Positions 40,040 to 54,460 of a DNA stretch of 64,000 nucleotides are shown piece by piece (the first letter of the stretch is position 1; each line of letters begins with the position of its first letter). The stretch lies in assembly GCA_965215005.1 (NCBI GenBank), contig CBDCCZ010000004.1, positions 96,001 to 160,000 on the forward strand. Reading direction: 5' to 3'. The DNA comes from Kofleriaceae bacterium (GTDB lineage: Bacteria; Myxococcota_A; Polyangia; Haliangiales; Haliangiaceae). The translations under genes and the position numbers were made by a program. Below the pieces are notes generated by a model. The model saw only the letters and a program-made list of their open reading frames with translations. It was not told where the DNA came from and made no database searches.

Positions 40040-40883
40040 GACGCCGCTCCTGCAACCCAACGTGGAGCATCGACTGGATGCGATTCTTGACCACGCGGAC
40101 CTTCTCGTCGAGCACCTCGGCTTCGTCGTCCGGATCGCCCTCGAAATGCATCGGCTCGCCAAAGTAGAGGCGATACTTGACCGGTAACGGCACGAGCGGC
40201 ACGAATGGCGGGTATGGCACCACCGGGAACGCCGGCGCGCGCAGCATCCGCGCGAGTGGCCGCAGATTGATGGCGGGTGCTTGTTCCTCGGAACCGACGA
40301 CGGCGATGGGAACGATGGGCGCACCGGTCTCGAGGGCCAAGCGCATGAAGCCAGAGCCAAAAGGAGCCAGCTGATAGCGCTTGCTGAACGGCTTGGAGAT
40401 GCCGCGCGCGCCCTCGGGAAACACCAGAATGGCTTCTTCTTCGTTCAGGAGCCGCCGGCAGTTTTCCGGCGTGCCGGTAATTTGTCCCCAGCGACTGAAT
40501 AAGTAGCTGGCGAAGGGCAACGTGGCGACGAAGTGCTCGACCATCGAGCGCACCATGCGCGGCGGGTCGAGCTCGAGAAATAACGCCGCCCCGATGACCA
40601 TGCCGTCGAACGGTAGCTGGCCGGCGTGATTGGCAACGAACAACACGCGCCCGGCGGGGGGAACGAGCTCGAGGCCATGGGCCTCAGCGCGAAAGTAGTG
40701 GCGGTAGAGTAGGCGCGCGACCAACGCGACACTCTTGAGGTTGTGCGGATGGAAGCCGAAGGGGTCGTAGCCATACTCGTTGCGGCGAATCGTGAGCGCC
40801 TTGGTGCGACGATCGATCTCTGGCCCCGCCAGGTGGTCGACCGTGCGATCGATGCGCTGCTTTACCCACTCGGCGACACCCAC
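40026..40883 (-). CDS. PlsC-type lysophospholipid acyltransferase
   Basis: NHAGQLPFD (HX4D), VFPEGARG, PIVP..VVG.EE. Confidence 0.92.
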   Translation of the reverse strand: MGVAEWVKQRIDRTVDHLAGPEIDRRTKALTIRRNEYGYDPFGFHPHNLKSVALVARLLYRHYFRAEAHGLELVPPAGRVLFVANHAGQLPFDGMVIGAALFLELDPPRMVRSMVEHFVATLPFASYLFSRWGQITGTPENCRRLLNEEEAILVFPEGARGISKPFSKRYQLAPFGSGFMRLALETGAPIVPIAVVGSEEQAPAINLRPLARMLRAPAFPVVPYPPFVPLVPLPVKYRLYFGEPMHFEGDPDDEAEVLDEKVRVVKNRIQSMLHVGLQERRHVFW

Positions 40884-40950
40884 GGCGGGAACGTAGTGTG
40901 CCCCTCCGAGGGTGTCAATGTGCCGGGTGCGCTGTGGTAGAGTCGCAGCG

Positions 40951-41715
40951 ATGTCGGGGGAGCAGTTCGTCGACGTGCGCTACCGTGGGCTCGAGGTTGG
41001 CCAACGCGTCAAGCTGCACGATCTCGGCCCGACGACGGGCTATTTAGAGCTACCTGCCCCACTTCCGGTGGGCTCGATCCTCGAGATCTCCACCGATGAG
41101 GGGATTCGGTTGCGAGTGCGGGTCGCGCGGGTGCAGGAGCAGGTGGCCGGTGCCGCCATCGCGCCCGGAATGCGGGTCGTGGCGCAGCTCGACAACAGCT
41201 CCGAAGGGTGGTGGCGGGAGCGGGCGCAAGGCGCCGATCCCAAGATACCCGAGCCGCGGAAGCCGCCGGTGCGCGCGGAAACTGGGCCGGTGATGGTGCC
41301 ATCGTCATCGGTTCCCGCTGCTGCGAGCGGCAACGGCGCGCACAGCGCCACTACCGCGGTGATGAGCGCGGCCGAGATCTCGGCCGCGCTCGAGCACGAT
41401 GAGGGACCTGCGGTCGTCGATGCGTCAGATGGCGCAGAGGATACGGCCGATGCCGACCGTTCTAAGACGGACCGTTCTATGACCGACCGTTCTAAGACGG
41501 AGGTGATGAGCGCCGTTGATATCGCGGCGATCGAGGCAGATGCGCGAGCGGACGCCGAAGCCCGTGCGCGAGCCGAGCAAGCGGCCGAGCAGGACGAGGG
41601 CGCAGACGGCGACGTAGCGGGCGATGGCTCCGGCAATGGCGCGGGCAATGGAGAGACCGAGTCGGGTGCTGGGAAACGCCGGCGCCGGCGCAAGAAACGC
41701 CGCACGCGCGGTTAG
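40951..41715 (+). CDS. Hypothetical protein: beta-rich, possibly PilZ-like N-terminal domain; acidic disordered tail; poly-Arg/Lys end
   Basis: DLG.TG.YL....PLPVG..L.I...V.ARV...GM.V pattern; C-terminal KRRRRRKKRR. Confidence 0.65.
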   Translation: MSGEQFVDVRYRGLEVGQRVKLHDLGPTTGYLELPAPLPVGSILEISTDEGIRLRVRVARVQEQVAGAAIAPGMRVVAQLDNSSEGWWRERAQGADPKIPEPRKPPVRAETGPVMVPSSSVPAAASGNGAHSATTAVMSAAEISAALEHDEGPAVVDASDGAEDTADADRSKTDRSMTDRSKTEVMSAVDIAAIEADARADAEARARAEQAAEQDEGADGDVAGDGSGNGAGNGETESGAGKRRRRRKKRRTRG

Positions 41716-41795
41716 GTGCGCGTGCGCGCGATAGGCGCGCGTGGGCGCTCCGCGCGTGGGCGCTCTGTGAGGGCATCGGCCGGCGGAGATCGCAA

Positions 41796-42425
41796 CTAGC
41801 GATGTTTCGCCGCGCGTCGGGCTCGCCAGCGGCGCCCGACGCCAACGCCCAAATAGATGATGGCAGCGGCGCCCAGCGCTATCCAGACCACCATGGTGTA
41901 GCGCGCAACCCAGCGCTTGAGGGTTTCGAGGTTGGCGCCGAGCAGCGCGCCGATGCCGATGAGCCCCAGGTTCCAAAGCGCGGCGGAAATGGCCGCATAC
42001 ACGGCAACCGAGAGAGCTCGCATTTGCGCCATGCCGGCCGCGACGAAGAACAGCGCGCGCAGGCCCGGCAAGAAGCGGTTGAGCACCAGATAGGCAGGTC
42101 CGCGGCGGTGAAACTTGGCGACGAGACGAGCGATGGCTTTGCCGCGCTTGCTATCGGGCCGCGGTCTTCCTCGCCTGGCGAGATAGCGGCCACCGTAAAA
42201 CGCGAGCATCGCCCCGGCCACCGAGCCGGCCAACACGGCGCTAAACACTGCCGTGAAGCTCCACTCATAGGCGGTGATGAGCACTGCTCCGAACAGGGTT
42301 ATAGTATCGCCGGGGAATGGCGGGAAGACGTACTCGATCATCGCGGACGCAGCGAGCACCAGCAGCCCCACGGGGTCGTTGGAAGACGAGACGAAGTCGA
42401 TGAGCCAGTCGGCGAGCGTGTCCAC
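41796..42425 (-). CDS. DedA family membrane protein
   Basis: [15 protein letters not shown]...FY.GR, RFLPGLR...AAG. Confidence 0.9.
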   Translation of the reverse strand: MDTLADWLIDFVSSSNDPVGLLVLAASAMIEYVFPPFPGDTITLFGAVLITAYEWSFTAVFSAVLAGSVAGAMLAFYGGRYLARRGRPRPDSKRGKAIARLVAKFHRRGPAYLVLNRFLPGLRALFFVAAGMAQMRALSVAVYAAISAALWNLGLIGIGALLGANLETLKRWVARYTMVVWIALGAAAIIYLGVGVGRRWRARRAAKHR

Positions 42426-43326
42426 AGCACCACCAGTACGCGCGGGCGCTACCGTAGCGGTGTGTGCCCCTGCGAGTCCAGTGGTACCGGAGCGGCTCGC
42501 CAAGGGCCTGGAGCGGCTCGGGGCGCGGTTTCGAATCGTTACCGATCCCGGCATCTTCGAGAAGGCTCGTTATCTGGCCGGGTCCGATGAGCGCCGCGCC
42601 GCCGAGCTCAATCGCTTCTTCCGCGATCCCGACGTGCGGGCGATCATCGTTGGCCGCGGCGGGTACGGCATCATGCGTATCTTGCCGCTGCTCGATGCCG
42701 CAGCGCTTCGTGCCGATCCCAAGGTGCTGGTCGGCTTTTCAGACTGCACCGCGCTGCTGTGTTGGGCGCTCGCCACTGCCAACGTCCGCGGTATCCACGG
42801 ACCGGTCGCCAGCCAGCTGGCCGACTTACCGGCCGAAGACGCGGCCTGGCTGTATCGATTACTCGAGGATCCGCAGCCGCTCGGAACCGCGCCGTTTCAG
42901 CTGCACTCGGTGGGGCGAAGGGCGCGTGGAGCGGTGGCGGGACGCCTCGTTGGCGGCAACTTGTCGTTGCTTTCGCATCTCGTTGGCACCCCCTATGAAA
43001 TCGACCTCGACCAGGCTGTGCTACTCGTCGAAGACCTCGGTGAGCGGCCGTACGCGATCGATCGCTACTTTACCCATTTGGGTCTTGCGGGGCGTCTGGA
43101 TCGGCTGGCCGCTGCGTTGATTGGCGACTTCACCCGCTGTGAGCATGGCCTCGATGGTCCCGTCGAAGACGTGATCGACGAGCGTTTGCGTGCCTACGGT
43201 GTCGCGGCCCTGGGCGGGTTGCCCAGCGGTCACGGCGAACGCAACGTAGCGCTGCCGTTCGGAGGGCGCTGCGAGCTCGACTTCGACCGCGGACTATTGC
43301 GACTTGTCGATGCCGCGGTCGGTTGA
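42400..43326 (+). CDS. ldcA: LD-carboxypeptidase (peptidase S66)
   Basis: VCAPASP, YLAGSD..RA.EL, RGGYG, GFSD (Ser), EDLGE (Glu), GHG (His); start 42400 or 42418. Confidence 0.9.
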   Translation: MSQSASVSTAPPVRAGATVAVCAPASPVVPERLAKGLERLGARFRIVTDPGIFEKARYLAGSDERRAAELNRFFRDPDVRAIIVGRGGYGIMRILPLLDAAALRADPKVLVGFSDCTALLCWALATANVRGIHGPVASQLADLPAEDAAWLYRLLEDPQPLGTAPFQLHSVGRRARGAVAGRLVGGNLSLLSHLVGTPYEIDLDQAVLLVEDLGERPYAIDRYFTHLGLAGRLDRLAAALIGDFTRCEHGLDGPVEDVIDERLRAYGVAALGGLPSGHGERNVALPFGGRCELDFDRGLLRLVDAAVG

Positions 43327-43336
43327 GTCGCGCGGC

Positions 43337-43630
43337 TCAGTGCACGATTGGCTCGTCGTCGCCGGAGCCGATGTCGATGGCGCCGAAGCGTTCCTCGTAG
43401 CGCTCGAGGTTCTTTTGCAAGGCGCGCACGAGCCGCTTGGTGTGCCGCGGCGATGAGATGATGCGAGCGCCCACTTTGGCGATGGCAGTGCCAGGCTGAA
43501 TGAAGGAGAAGTCGAGAACAAACTCATTCTCGGCGTGATTGATCAGCACGAGGTTGGAGTAACGGCCGGCTGCCGTGTGCTCGTCCATCTGGACCTGAAT
43601 CTTGGGACCTTTGCGAACATCGTCGGACAT
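43337..43630 (-). CDS. DUF3467-like small protein
   Basis: G.YSNL..I.H...EF.LDF....PG...AKV..RII.SP.H.KRL..AL..N..RYE..FG.I. Confidence 0.85.
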   Translation of the reverse strand: MSDDVRKGPKIQVQMDEHTAAGRYSNLVLINHAENEFVLDFSFIQPGTAIAKVGARIISSPRHTKRLVRALQKNLERYEERFGAIDIGSGDDEPIVH

Positions 43631-43788
43631 GGCGACTGTGTATCGCATTGCCGCGCCGGTGGTGGCCGTTGGCGATCGCGGCGTGCGTTGCGAACGTCAC
43701 GAGGCCGCGTCCCATGCCGCCGCTCAAGACGCGACGCGCTGGTCGGTCGCTGCGCGGAGCAAGCGCGATGACCGCGAATGGAGAGGGA

Positions 43789-43907
43789 GCGCAGCGGCCA
43801 ATCGAGCGTAACGCAACGTGCTGGGGAGGGCGGCCGGGCGAGGATTTTTGGGGGAGGGAGGTTCACCCGGCCTATATGTTGCTGCGTTACGTGACTGGCC
43901 GCTGCGC
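43789..43907. ncRNA. Candidate structured RNA, unit 1 of a tandem pair (long hairpin with two GGGGAGGG / CCCTCCCC loops)
   Basis: gcgcagcggcca/tggccgctgcgc 12-bp closing stem, cgtaacgca/tgcgttacg, ggccggg/cccggcc; strand unresolved. Confidence 0.55.
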
Positions 43908-43944
43908 GACGTCGCTCGAAAGCGACGTACAACGGAAAGAGGAT

Positions 43945-44066
43945 GCGCAGCGGGCGAGTTCTCTCACGAGACGGGGTGCTGGGGAGGGCGACCGGGCCCT
44001 ACTTGCTTGGGGAGGGATTCGAGCCCGGTCCTGTGGTTAGCCCCATGAGGGATCGCACCGCTGCGC
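43945..44066. ncRNA. Candidate structured RNA, unit 2 of a tandem pair
   Basis: gcgcagcgg/ccgctgcgc, tctctca/tgaggga, gggg/cccc, gaccgggc/gcccggtc; same two motifs as unit 1. Confidence 0.55.
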
Positions 44067-44589
44067 GTTGATACGATAACTAAACGCCGCTCGCGCTCCT
44101 GACGTTGGAGCTGCGCGTGGCGCTAACGACGCCGTCATAGACAGCGTGCGCTACCTTTGCGGCGCATTCGCCGCGTTTGCTCGCCCAACTCATTCTCACC
44201 ACCACCTGGTTCCTTCGAGCGCGGCGTTCCAATAACACCCCTCGATCGACGGCGTCCACTCCAACCAGGTGGCAAAGTTCGATCGCGTCCAACGCAGCGC
44301 AACGCGGCGACCACGCCGCTTCTGAGCGGGTCGGGGTAGGCGCGCGCGGGCTGGACACGGTCATGTCCCGCTCGCAAAGCAATCGATGTACCAAGCTCGC
44401 TACGTGCGGTAGCGAGCGCTAACCTGCCGATCCTGCGCATGCTCCCGCCCGGCTCAACCGGGCATCCTGGTGCCGCTGGCGGTTTCATTGGCCACTGCGC
44501 GCGGTTCGATCTCGCCAGTGACCGGTCGAGCAGCCACCGGCGAGCGTCACATAGGCAACATTCGGGAGTGGGCGCGCTATGGTCTGCCG

Positions 44590-45015
44590 ATGCGCGCTTT
44601 GGGCTTGGATGTCGGCATGAAGACCATTGGCGTGGCGGTATCAGACGAGCTCGGCCTCGCGGCGCATCCCGTGACGACTCTGGCGCGCCGCGGAACGGCG
44701 GCTGACGTCACGGCGGTGAGCGAGCTCATCAGCGCGCACGCCGCCGGCGCCGTGATCGTGGGATTGCCCCTGGACTTGCACGGTCACGTCGGTCCGAGAG
44801 CGCGCCGGGTGCGGGTATTTGGCGCCGCGCTGGCCGAGCGACTGCCCTCCGACGTCACGTTGGTGGAGTGGGACGAGCGGTTTTCCACGGTAGCGGTCGA
44901 GCGGGTGCTGCTCGAGGCAAATCTCTCTCGTCGGCGGCGCAAGGAGGTCGTTGACAAGCAAGCCGCGGCATTCATCCTCCAGGGGTGGCTCGACGCTCGC
45001 CGGTCGACGCTGTAA
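44590..45015 (+). CDS. ruvX: YqgF/RuvX family nuclease
   Basis: [38 protein letters not shown]. Confidence 0.95.
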   Translation: MRALGLDVGMKTIGVAVSDELGLAAHPVTTLARRGTAADVTAVSELISAHAAGAVIVGLPLDLHGHVGPRARRVRVFGAALAERLPSDVTLVEWDERFSTVAVERVLLEANLSRRRRKEVVDKQAAAFILQGWLDARRSTL

Positions 45016-45027
45016 CGTCGGTCGACT

Positions 45028-46116
45028 ATGCCCAAGCGGTCGTTCCGCATAGCCCTGGCGATTGTCGTTGGCTCGCTGCTATTCGTTGGCGCCGCCGCGA
45101 TCTACTTCACCCAGCGCGCGCTCAACTATCCCGAGACCCCGCACGCGGGCACCGGCGCAGAAGTTCCGGTCACGATCGAGCGAGGCATGAGCTTCCCGGA
45201 AATTGCTCAGCGCCTGACCGAGAACCAGATCATCGACCGGCCGCGCTGGTTTCGGCTGTACGCGATGCATCGCGGCGTGACGACCAAGATCCGAACCGGT
45301 GATTACGTCCTTGCCGACGACATGAGTCCTCGCGAGGTGCTCGACGAGCTGCTCGAAGGCGTTCAGGACGTGAGCGTGAGCGTGACCATTCCCGAAGGTC
45401 TGCACATGCTCGAGATCTTCGCCATCATCGAAGCAGCGGGTATCGCTTCGGCCGCTGAGCTCGAAGCGCTGGCGCGGGATCGAGCGTTTCTCGACGCGCG
45501 TGGCATCGAGGGCGACAACGTCGATGGTTACTTGTTCCCCGAGACCTATCGGTTTCCCGCGCCGAGTAAGCCCGAGCTGGTGCTCGACACGATGATCAAG
45601 CAGCACCGCATGGTCTGGAGCCAAGTCAAAGAAGCCAATCAGCGCTCCTACGAGCGGCTGCGCGACCAGCTCGGCTGGACCGATCGCGAGTTCTTAGTCA
45701 TGGCGTCCATCGTCGAAAAGGAGGCGGTAGTGGACGAAGAGCGGCCGCGCATCGCGCAGGTATTCATGAACCGCCTCACGATGCCTAGCTTCACGCCACA
45801 TCGCCTCGATACCGATCCGACGATTCGCTATGGCTGCATGGTGCCGGTGCAAAAGAGTGAGGGTTGCAAGATTTGGGATCCCACGCAGCGGTTGCGTCGC
45901 GCGCAGCTCGACGATAAGGACAATCCTTACAACACGTATCAGCACGATGGCTTGCCACCAGGTCCTATCGCCAATCCTGGTGAAGAAGCGATGGCCGCCA
46001 CGCTGAGCCCCGACGGCTCGAAGTACCTCTACTTCGTATCGCGCAACGACGGCACCCACGTTTTCTCGCGCAGCCGCGCCGAGCACGAGCGCGCTGTCGA
46101 TAGCTTTCAACGCTGA
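45028..46116 (+). CDS. mltG: Endolytic transglycosylase MltG
   Basis: N-terminal [28 protein letters not shown]...[16 protein letters not shown]. Confidence 0.95.
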   Translation: MPKRSFRIALAIVVGSLLFVGAAAIYFTQRALNYPETPHAGTGAEVPVTIERGMSFPEIAQRLTENQIIDRPRWFRLYAMHRGVTTKIRTGDYVLADDMSPREVLDELLEGVQDVSVSVTIPEGLHMLEIFAIIEAAGIASAAELEALARDRAFLDARGIEGDNVDGYLFPETYRFPAPSKPELVLDTMIKQHRMVWSQVKEANQRSYERLRDQLGWTDREFLVMASIVEKEAVVDEERPRIAQVFMNRLTMPSFTPHRLDTDPTIRYGCMVPVQKSEGCKIWDPTQRLRRAQLDDKDNPYNTYQHDGLPPGPIANPGEEAMAATLSPDGSKYLYFVSRNDGTHVFSRSRAEHERAVDSFQR

Positions 46117-46317
46117 GCATTGCCTACCTCACGGCACACGTGCCTGCACAGGCGCGCGCCGCATGGCGTTGCGATCTGTGGCCAGGGTGCTACGCCGTAA
46201 GAGCAAAGGGGGCGGCTAACGGTGCGTTACTTTTACCGCTCCGCGGCGGCGTGGTACCGTTTTACGAGCAGCCCTCACCGCTTCCGTGTTTTCGACTCCA
46301 CACACCGAGGAACGAGC

Positions 46318-48360
<2,043 letters not shown>

Positions 48361-48370
48361 ACCAGCGCTC

Positions 48371-48586
48371 ATGGATCCCAAAGGTGTCGGCCCGGTCACT
48401 ATCGAGCTGAACAACACCGCTGCTCAGCTCCTCGCCAGCCTGTGCGTGGAGCTGGGCACCGATGATGCGGTCGGTGTTTTGTCTCGGGCACTGGGGCTCT
48501 TCGAGATGGCCCAGCGAACGCGGCGTCGCGGCGGCCGGCTCGTGTTCATCAACGAGCGCGGCGAGGAAGCCGACGTGGTCATCTGA
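48371..48586 (+). CDS. Small protein, possibly ribbon-helix-helix (CopG-like)
   Basis: 71 aa: short strand VTIEL, helix, turn LGTDD, helix [14 protein letters not shown] 12 bp upstream. Confidence 0.6.
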   Translation: MDPKGVGPVTIELNNTAAQLLASLCVELGTDDAVGVLSRALGLFEMAQRTRRRGGRLVFINERGEEADVVI

Positions 48587-48622
48587 TCACTGGCCAACCG
48601 GCGCTATGCGGGGATTTCACAA

Positions 48623-51231
<2,609 letters not shown>

Positions 51232-51271
51232 TCGTGCGGTGGACGTTGAGTCCGGCGCAGCGAGGTGTGCG

Positions 51272-52159
51272 ATGAAGCTCATGGCTTGGGGCCGCTCGGA
51301 TACCGGTCGCAAGCGGGATCACAACGAAGACAACTATCTCGTCGCGGCTGATATCGGCTTGTTTGCGGTGGCCGACGGCATGGGAGGTCATCAGGGCGGT
51401 GATATCGCGAGCAAGTTGGTGCTCGAGGTGTTGCATCGCGAGCTCATGGCCGTGGCAGGTGACTTTGCGGGCGCAGCGGAGCGCCTCGAGCTCGCAGCGC
51501 GCGGCGACGTTGGTCGCATCACGCAAGAGATGAGCACCATGACCGACGCCGAGAGCGAGAGCACCGATACCTCGAGCGGCGACGATGAGGCCACGGCAGG
51601 GGCGCTCGGAGCGCACGTACTGCAGCCGGTGACCGCGGTGCTGCGAGCCGCCGCGCGTTTGGCAGGGCAGACGGTCTTTGATACCGCGCTAGGAGAGCCG
51701 ACGCTGCGTGGAATGGGCACCACGCTCACGGCGATGCTCTACGACGCCGGCCGGATGTATGTCATCCATGCGGGTGATAGCCGTGCCTATCTGTTCCGCG
51801 ATGGCAGCCTCGAGCAGCTCACGAGCGATCATTCATGGGTATCGGAGCAGGTACGCGCCGGAGCGATGACCGAGGAAGAGGCGCGAGAATCCAAGTTTCG
51901 CCACATCATCACCCGCTCGGTTGGGTTTGAGCGCGAGGTCGAGGTCGATGTTCGCGGAGTTGCTGTCGAGCCCGGCGATTGCTTTCTCCTCTGCTCCGAC
52001 GGGATGTCTAACTATCTCGACAACGATGAGCTCGAGCGGCTGCTCGGAACCACGTGGTACCGGCGCACGCCCGCGCAGCTCATCGATCTCGCAAATCAAC
52101 GAGGTGGCGACGACAACATCACGGTCGTGGTGGTGTACGTGGCCAACGAATCGGAATGA
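51272..52159 (+). CDS. PP2C-family Ser/Thr phosphatase
   Basis: G.KR.HNED, VADGMGGH, GMGTT, GDSRAY, LLCSDG, GG.DNIT. Confidence 0.95.
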   Translation: MKLMAWGRSDTGRKRDHNEDNYLVAADIGLFAVADGMGGHQGGDIASKLVLEVLHRELMAVAGDFAGAAERLELAARGDVGRITQEMSTMTDAESESTDTSSGDDEATAGALGAHVLQPVTAVLRAAARLAGQTVFDTALGEPTLRGMGTTLTAMLYDAGRMYVIHAGDSRAYLFRDGSLEQLTSDHSWVSEQVRAGAMTEEEARESKFRHIITRSVGFEREVEVDVRGVAVEPGDCFLLCSDGMSNYLDNDELERLLGTTWYRRTPAQLIDLANQRGGDDNITVVVVYVANESE

Positions 52160-52314
52160 GGTTGCTCTTCGGTTTGATCCTGCCGTTGGTGGTGTTTGCC
52201 ATCTACGCACTTGCGGGCACGCGCTGGGCGCTGGTGGCATTGGTGGCCACCTTGACGGCGATGGCGGTGGTAGCGCTTTATGATTGGTGGCGCTGGCGCG
52301 GTCGCCGTGACTAG
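52156..52314 (+). CDS. Small membrane protein (52 aa, two TM helices)
   Basis: ATGA overlap with PP2C stop; hydrophobic with a basic tail. Confidence 0.6.
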   Translation: MRLLFGLILPLVVFAIYALAGTRWALVALVATLTAMAVVALYDWWRWRGRRD

Positions 52315-52541
52315 CGGGCGTGGGGCAGCTGCTCGGCGAACCGACGAGAAAGTTATCCTTCGAGGCCAGAAATCTGGCGGCTGTGGTGCAGGGCGTTGCC
52401 GAGGAGCCCAACCCTGGCTTCGTTGATCGCTGCTCCCGGGAGCGCGCATTTGGTGCAGCTGCGTTTGCTGCAGCGATGGGCTTTGGCGTTGTAGAGTTGC
52501 TGTGGTTGCCAAAGGTGCCGAGCCATCGATAGGAGGAGCGG

Positions 52542-53018
52542 ATGCGTAGCAGCAAGCGGAACGACGCCCGAGGGCGGGGCAGGCAGGGGCAGGGGAACGT
52601 CGCTTCAGAGGCTGCCTGCTCGGGCTTTCATTCACGTAATTCCGCGAGTCGCTCGTGGAGACTCGTGCTTCTGTGTTGGTGCCTTGGCGGCATTGCTCTG
52701 TCCGGCTGCGACGATGATTCGAGCGAGCCGCTTCCCGACGCCGGCGGTGATGTTGGCCCCGCCGCCTCGTTCACGATGGACCCGAGCTGCACCGACTCGA
52801 TCACCACCGAGGTCACCTTCACCTCGACCGCCACCGCAGCCGGCGGCGGGCTCTTGTCGTGCGAGTGGACGTTTGCCGGCGGCTCGCCCGGTACTGCCAG
52901 CACCTGCGTGGTTGAAGGAGTGCGCTTCGCCGGCCAAACCCCTTCGCAGGTCAGCCTCACCGTGACCGACGAAGCCGGCAATCGCGACACCGCGTCGATG
53001 GCGATCGGTCCCTGCTGA
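52542..53018 (+). CDS. PKD-domain lipoprotein (start uncertain)
   Basis: Lipobox LSGC; W.F.GG.P and VSLTVTD.AG PKD signature. Confidence 0.7.
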   Translation: MRSSKRNDARGRGRQGQGNVASEAACSGFHSRNSASRSWRLVLLCWCLGGIALSGCDDDSSEPLPDAGGDVGPAASFTMDPSCTDSITTEVTFTSTATAAGGGLLSCEWTFAGGSPGTASTCVVEGVRFAGQTPSQVSLTVTDEAGNRDTASMAIGPC

Positions 53019-53035
53019 GCCGCCGTCTCGCTGCC

Positions 53036-54199
53036 TCAGCCGCGTGTGATGGGTCGGTAATGCCAGCCATTGAACACGTATCCCCAGAGATTCCACGGCA
53101 CGTCGCGAGGCTGCTTGCGGCCACGCGAATCGATGGCTCGCACCGCAACTTGGGTCGCACCCGCAGCCACCGGTACACGCGCGCGCCATAGCCGCCAGCG
53201 GTACTCGATCGCCGGCGTGAGGAGCTCGGCGCGATGCCAATGGCGGCTGTCGGTGGTTACCTCGACAGCCGCTACGGTGACGCCGCGCTCTCCCGGGGCC
53301 AGGCTCCAGCCGCGCACTTCGATCATGCCGTCTGCGTCCACCGGACTCATGACTCGCAGTGCTGCATTAAGCGGAAGCCGCTGCAGCGACGCCGCGTTCT
53401 CGAGCTCGCTCGGGCGGGTCACGAGCCGATACGCGCGCGTCATGTAATGGTGGTTGGAAGGCGCGGCGCTGACCGTGATGCGACCGAGCCACTTCACGCT
53501 GCGCGCGCCGATGAAGCCAGGAACCACCGCGCGGGCGGGAAAGCCGTGACGCGGCGTGAGCGCGACGCCGTTGAGCTCGTAAGCGACGAGCGCGGGCGCC
53601 GTTGACGGCTCGAGCGCGCGTGACAACGGGATCGAGCCGGCGTAGTCAGTGCGGCTCCCGCCCGCCTCGATGGTGTCTAGGCCGTGCAGGTGTACGTGGC
53701 GCGCTCCAGCCGCGATGCCGGCGCGCGCCAACAGCGCTGCGATCGGCGTGCCCGTCCACTGTGGCGTGCCGATTGCCCCAGGACCCCATTGAGCGCCTTC
53801 TACGGGCCGTTTCGCCGAGTGCTCGCGTCTGCGGAGGCCCGCGCAGGCGAGGGTGGCGATGACGGTATGCGGGGTAAAGTCGTTGACCAGCTCACTGAGT
53901 GAAAGGACCAGCGGTCGGTGCACGAGGCCATCGACAACGAGGCGATAACGGTCGGCCGCGATGGCCGGGGTGTTGCCGTGACTGAGGACGTAGAGGTGCT
54001 CGGTAGGCGTAACCGGCGATTCGAGAAGCGCTGCGAGACACGGCTCGCCGTTGTAGGGATGACGCCAGCGCATGGCTAGAGCCGCGTGGTCGGGCGCGGG
54101 CAACCACTGCGTCGCGCCGCGAGCTGCCGCGCGGGCGGGAAGCGCCAGAAGCCCGGCGGCCGCACCGGCGGAAGCTACGAAGCGGCGCCGCGACAGCAT
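53036..54199 (-). CDS. Sulfite-oxidase-family molybdopterin oxidoreductase, Tat-exported
   Basis: SRRRF Tat motif; L.CAG.RR Mo-ligand Cys; HGFP.R.VVPG.IGARSVKWL; C-terminal dimerisation domain. Confidence 0.92.
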   Translation of the reverse strand: MLSRRRFVASAGAAAGLLALPARAAARGATQWLPAPDHAALAMRWRHPYNGEPCLAALLESPVTPTEHLYVLSHGNTPAIAADRYRLVVDGLVHRPLVLSLSELVNDFTPHTVIATLACAGLRRREHSAKRPVEGAQWGPGAIGTPQWTGTPIAALLARAGIAAGARHVHLHGLDTIEAGGSRTDYAGSIPLSRALEPSTAPALVAYELNGVALTPRHGFPARAVVPGFIGARSVKWLGRITVSAAPSNHHYMTRAYRLVTRPSELENAASLQRLPLNAALRVMSPVDADGMIEVRGWSLAPGERGVTVAAVEVTTDSRHWHRAELLTPAIEYRWRLWRARVPVAAGATQVAVRAIDSRGRKQPRDVPWNLWGYVFNGWHYRPITRG

Positions 54200-54384
54200 C
54201 ACGTCCCAGCATCAGCAAGAGCCGCGCCCGCGCTTGCCACGGCGCGAGCGGACCAGGCCGTGAGGCAAATCTCGCGGCGAGCTGACCCACTGTGACGCGT
54301 TGGTCTGCCCGCGAATCCCCCGCCATGCGAGAAGCATCGCCGCCGGTAGCGGCAGACCTCTTCCTATTCGCCGTGTTGCGTCAT

Positions 54385-54400
54385 TGGCACCGCCTCTGCA
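54385..54400 (+). promoter_or_regulatory. Putative sigma54 promoter
   Basis: TGGCACCGCCTCTGCA (GG-N10-GC), 60 bp upstream of the lipoprotein ATG. Confidence 0.65.
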
Positions 54401-54460
54401 GAGTCGGCGGCTCAGCGAGCGAAGTCTCGCTCGGTGTTACAACTCTTCAAGGAGCGCATC

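Noticed and set aside
43789..44066. Assignment to Pxr, CsrB or retron msr-msd
   Set aside because: I cannot verify similarity to Pxr, there are few GGA loops for CsrB, and no reverse transcriptase is in the window. Left unassigned.
52311..52531. Further hairpins after a CTAG stop
   Set aside because: Imperfect stems of a quality expected by chance at this GC content; no similarity to the 150-bp element.
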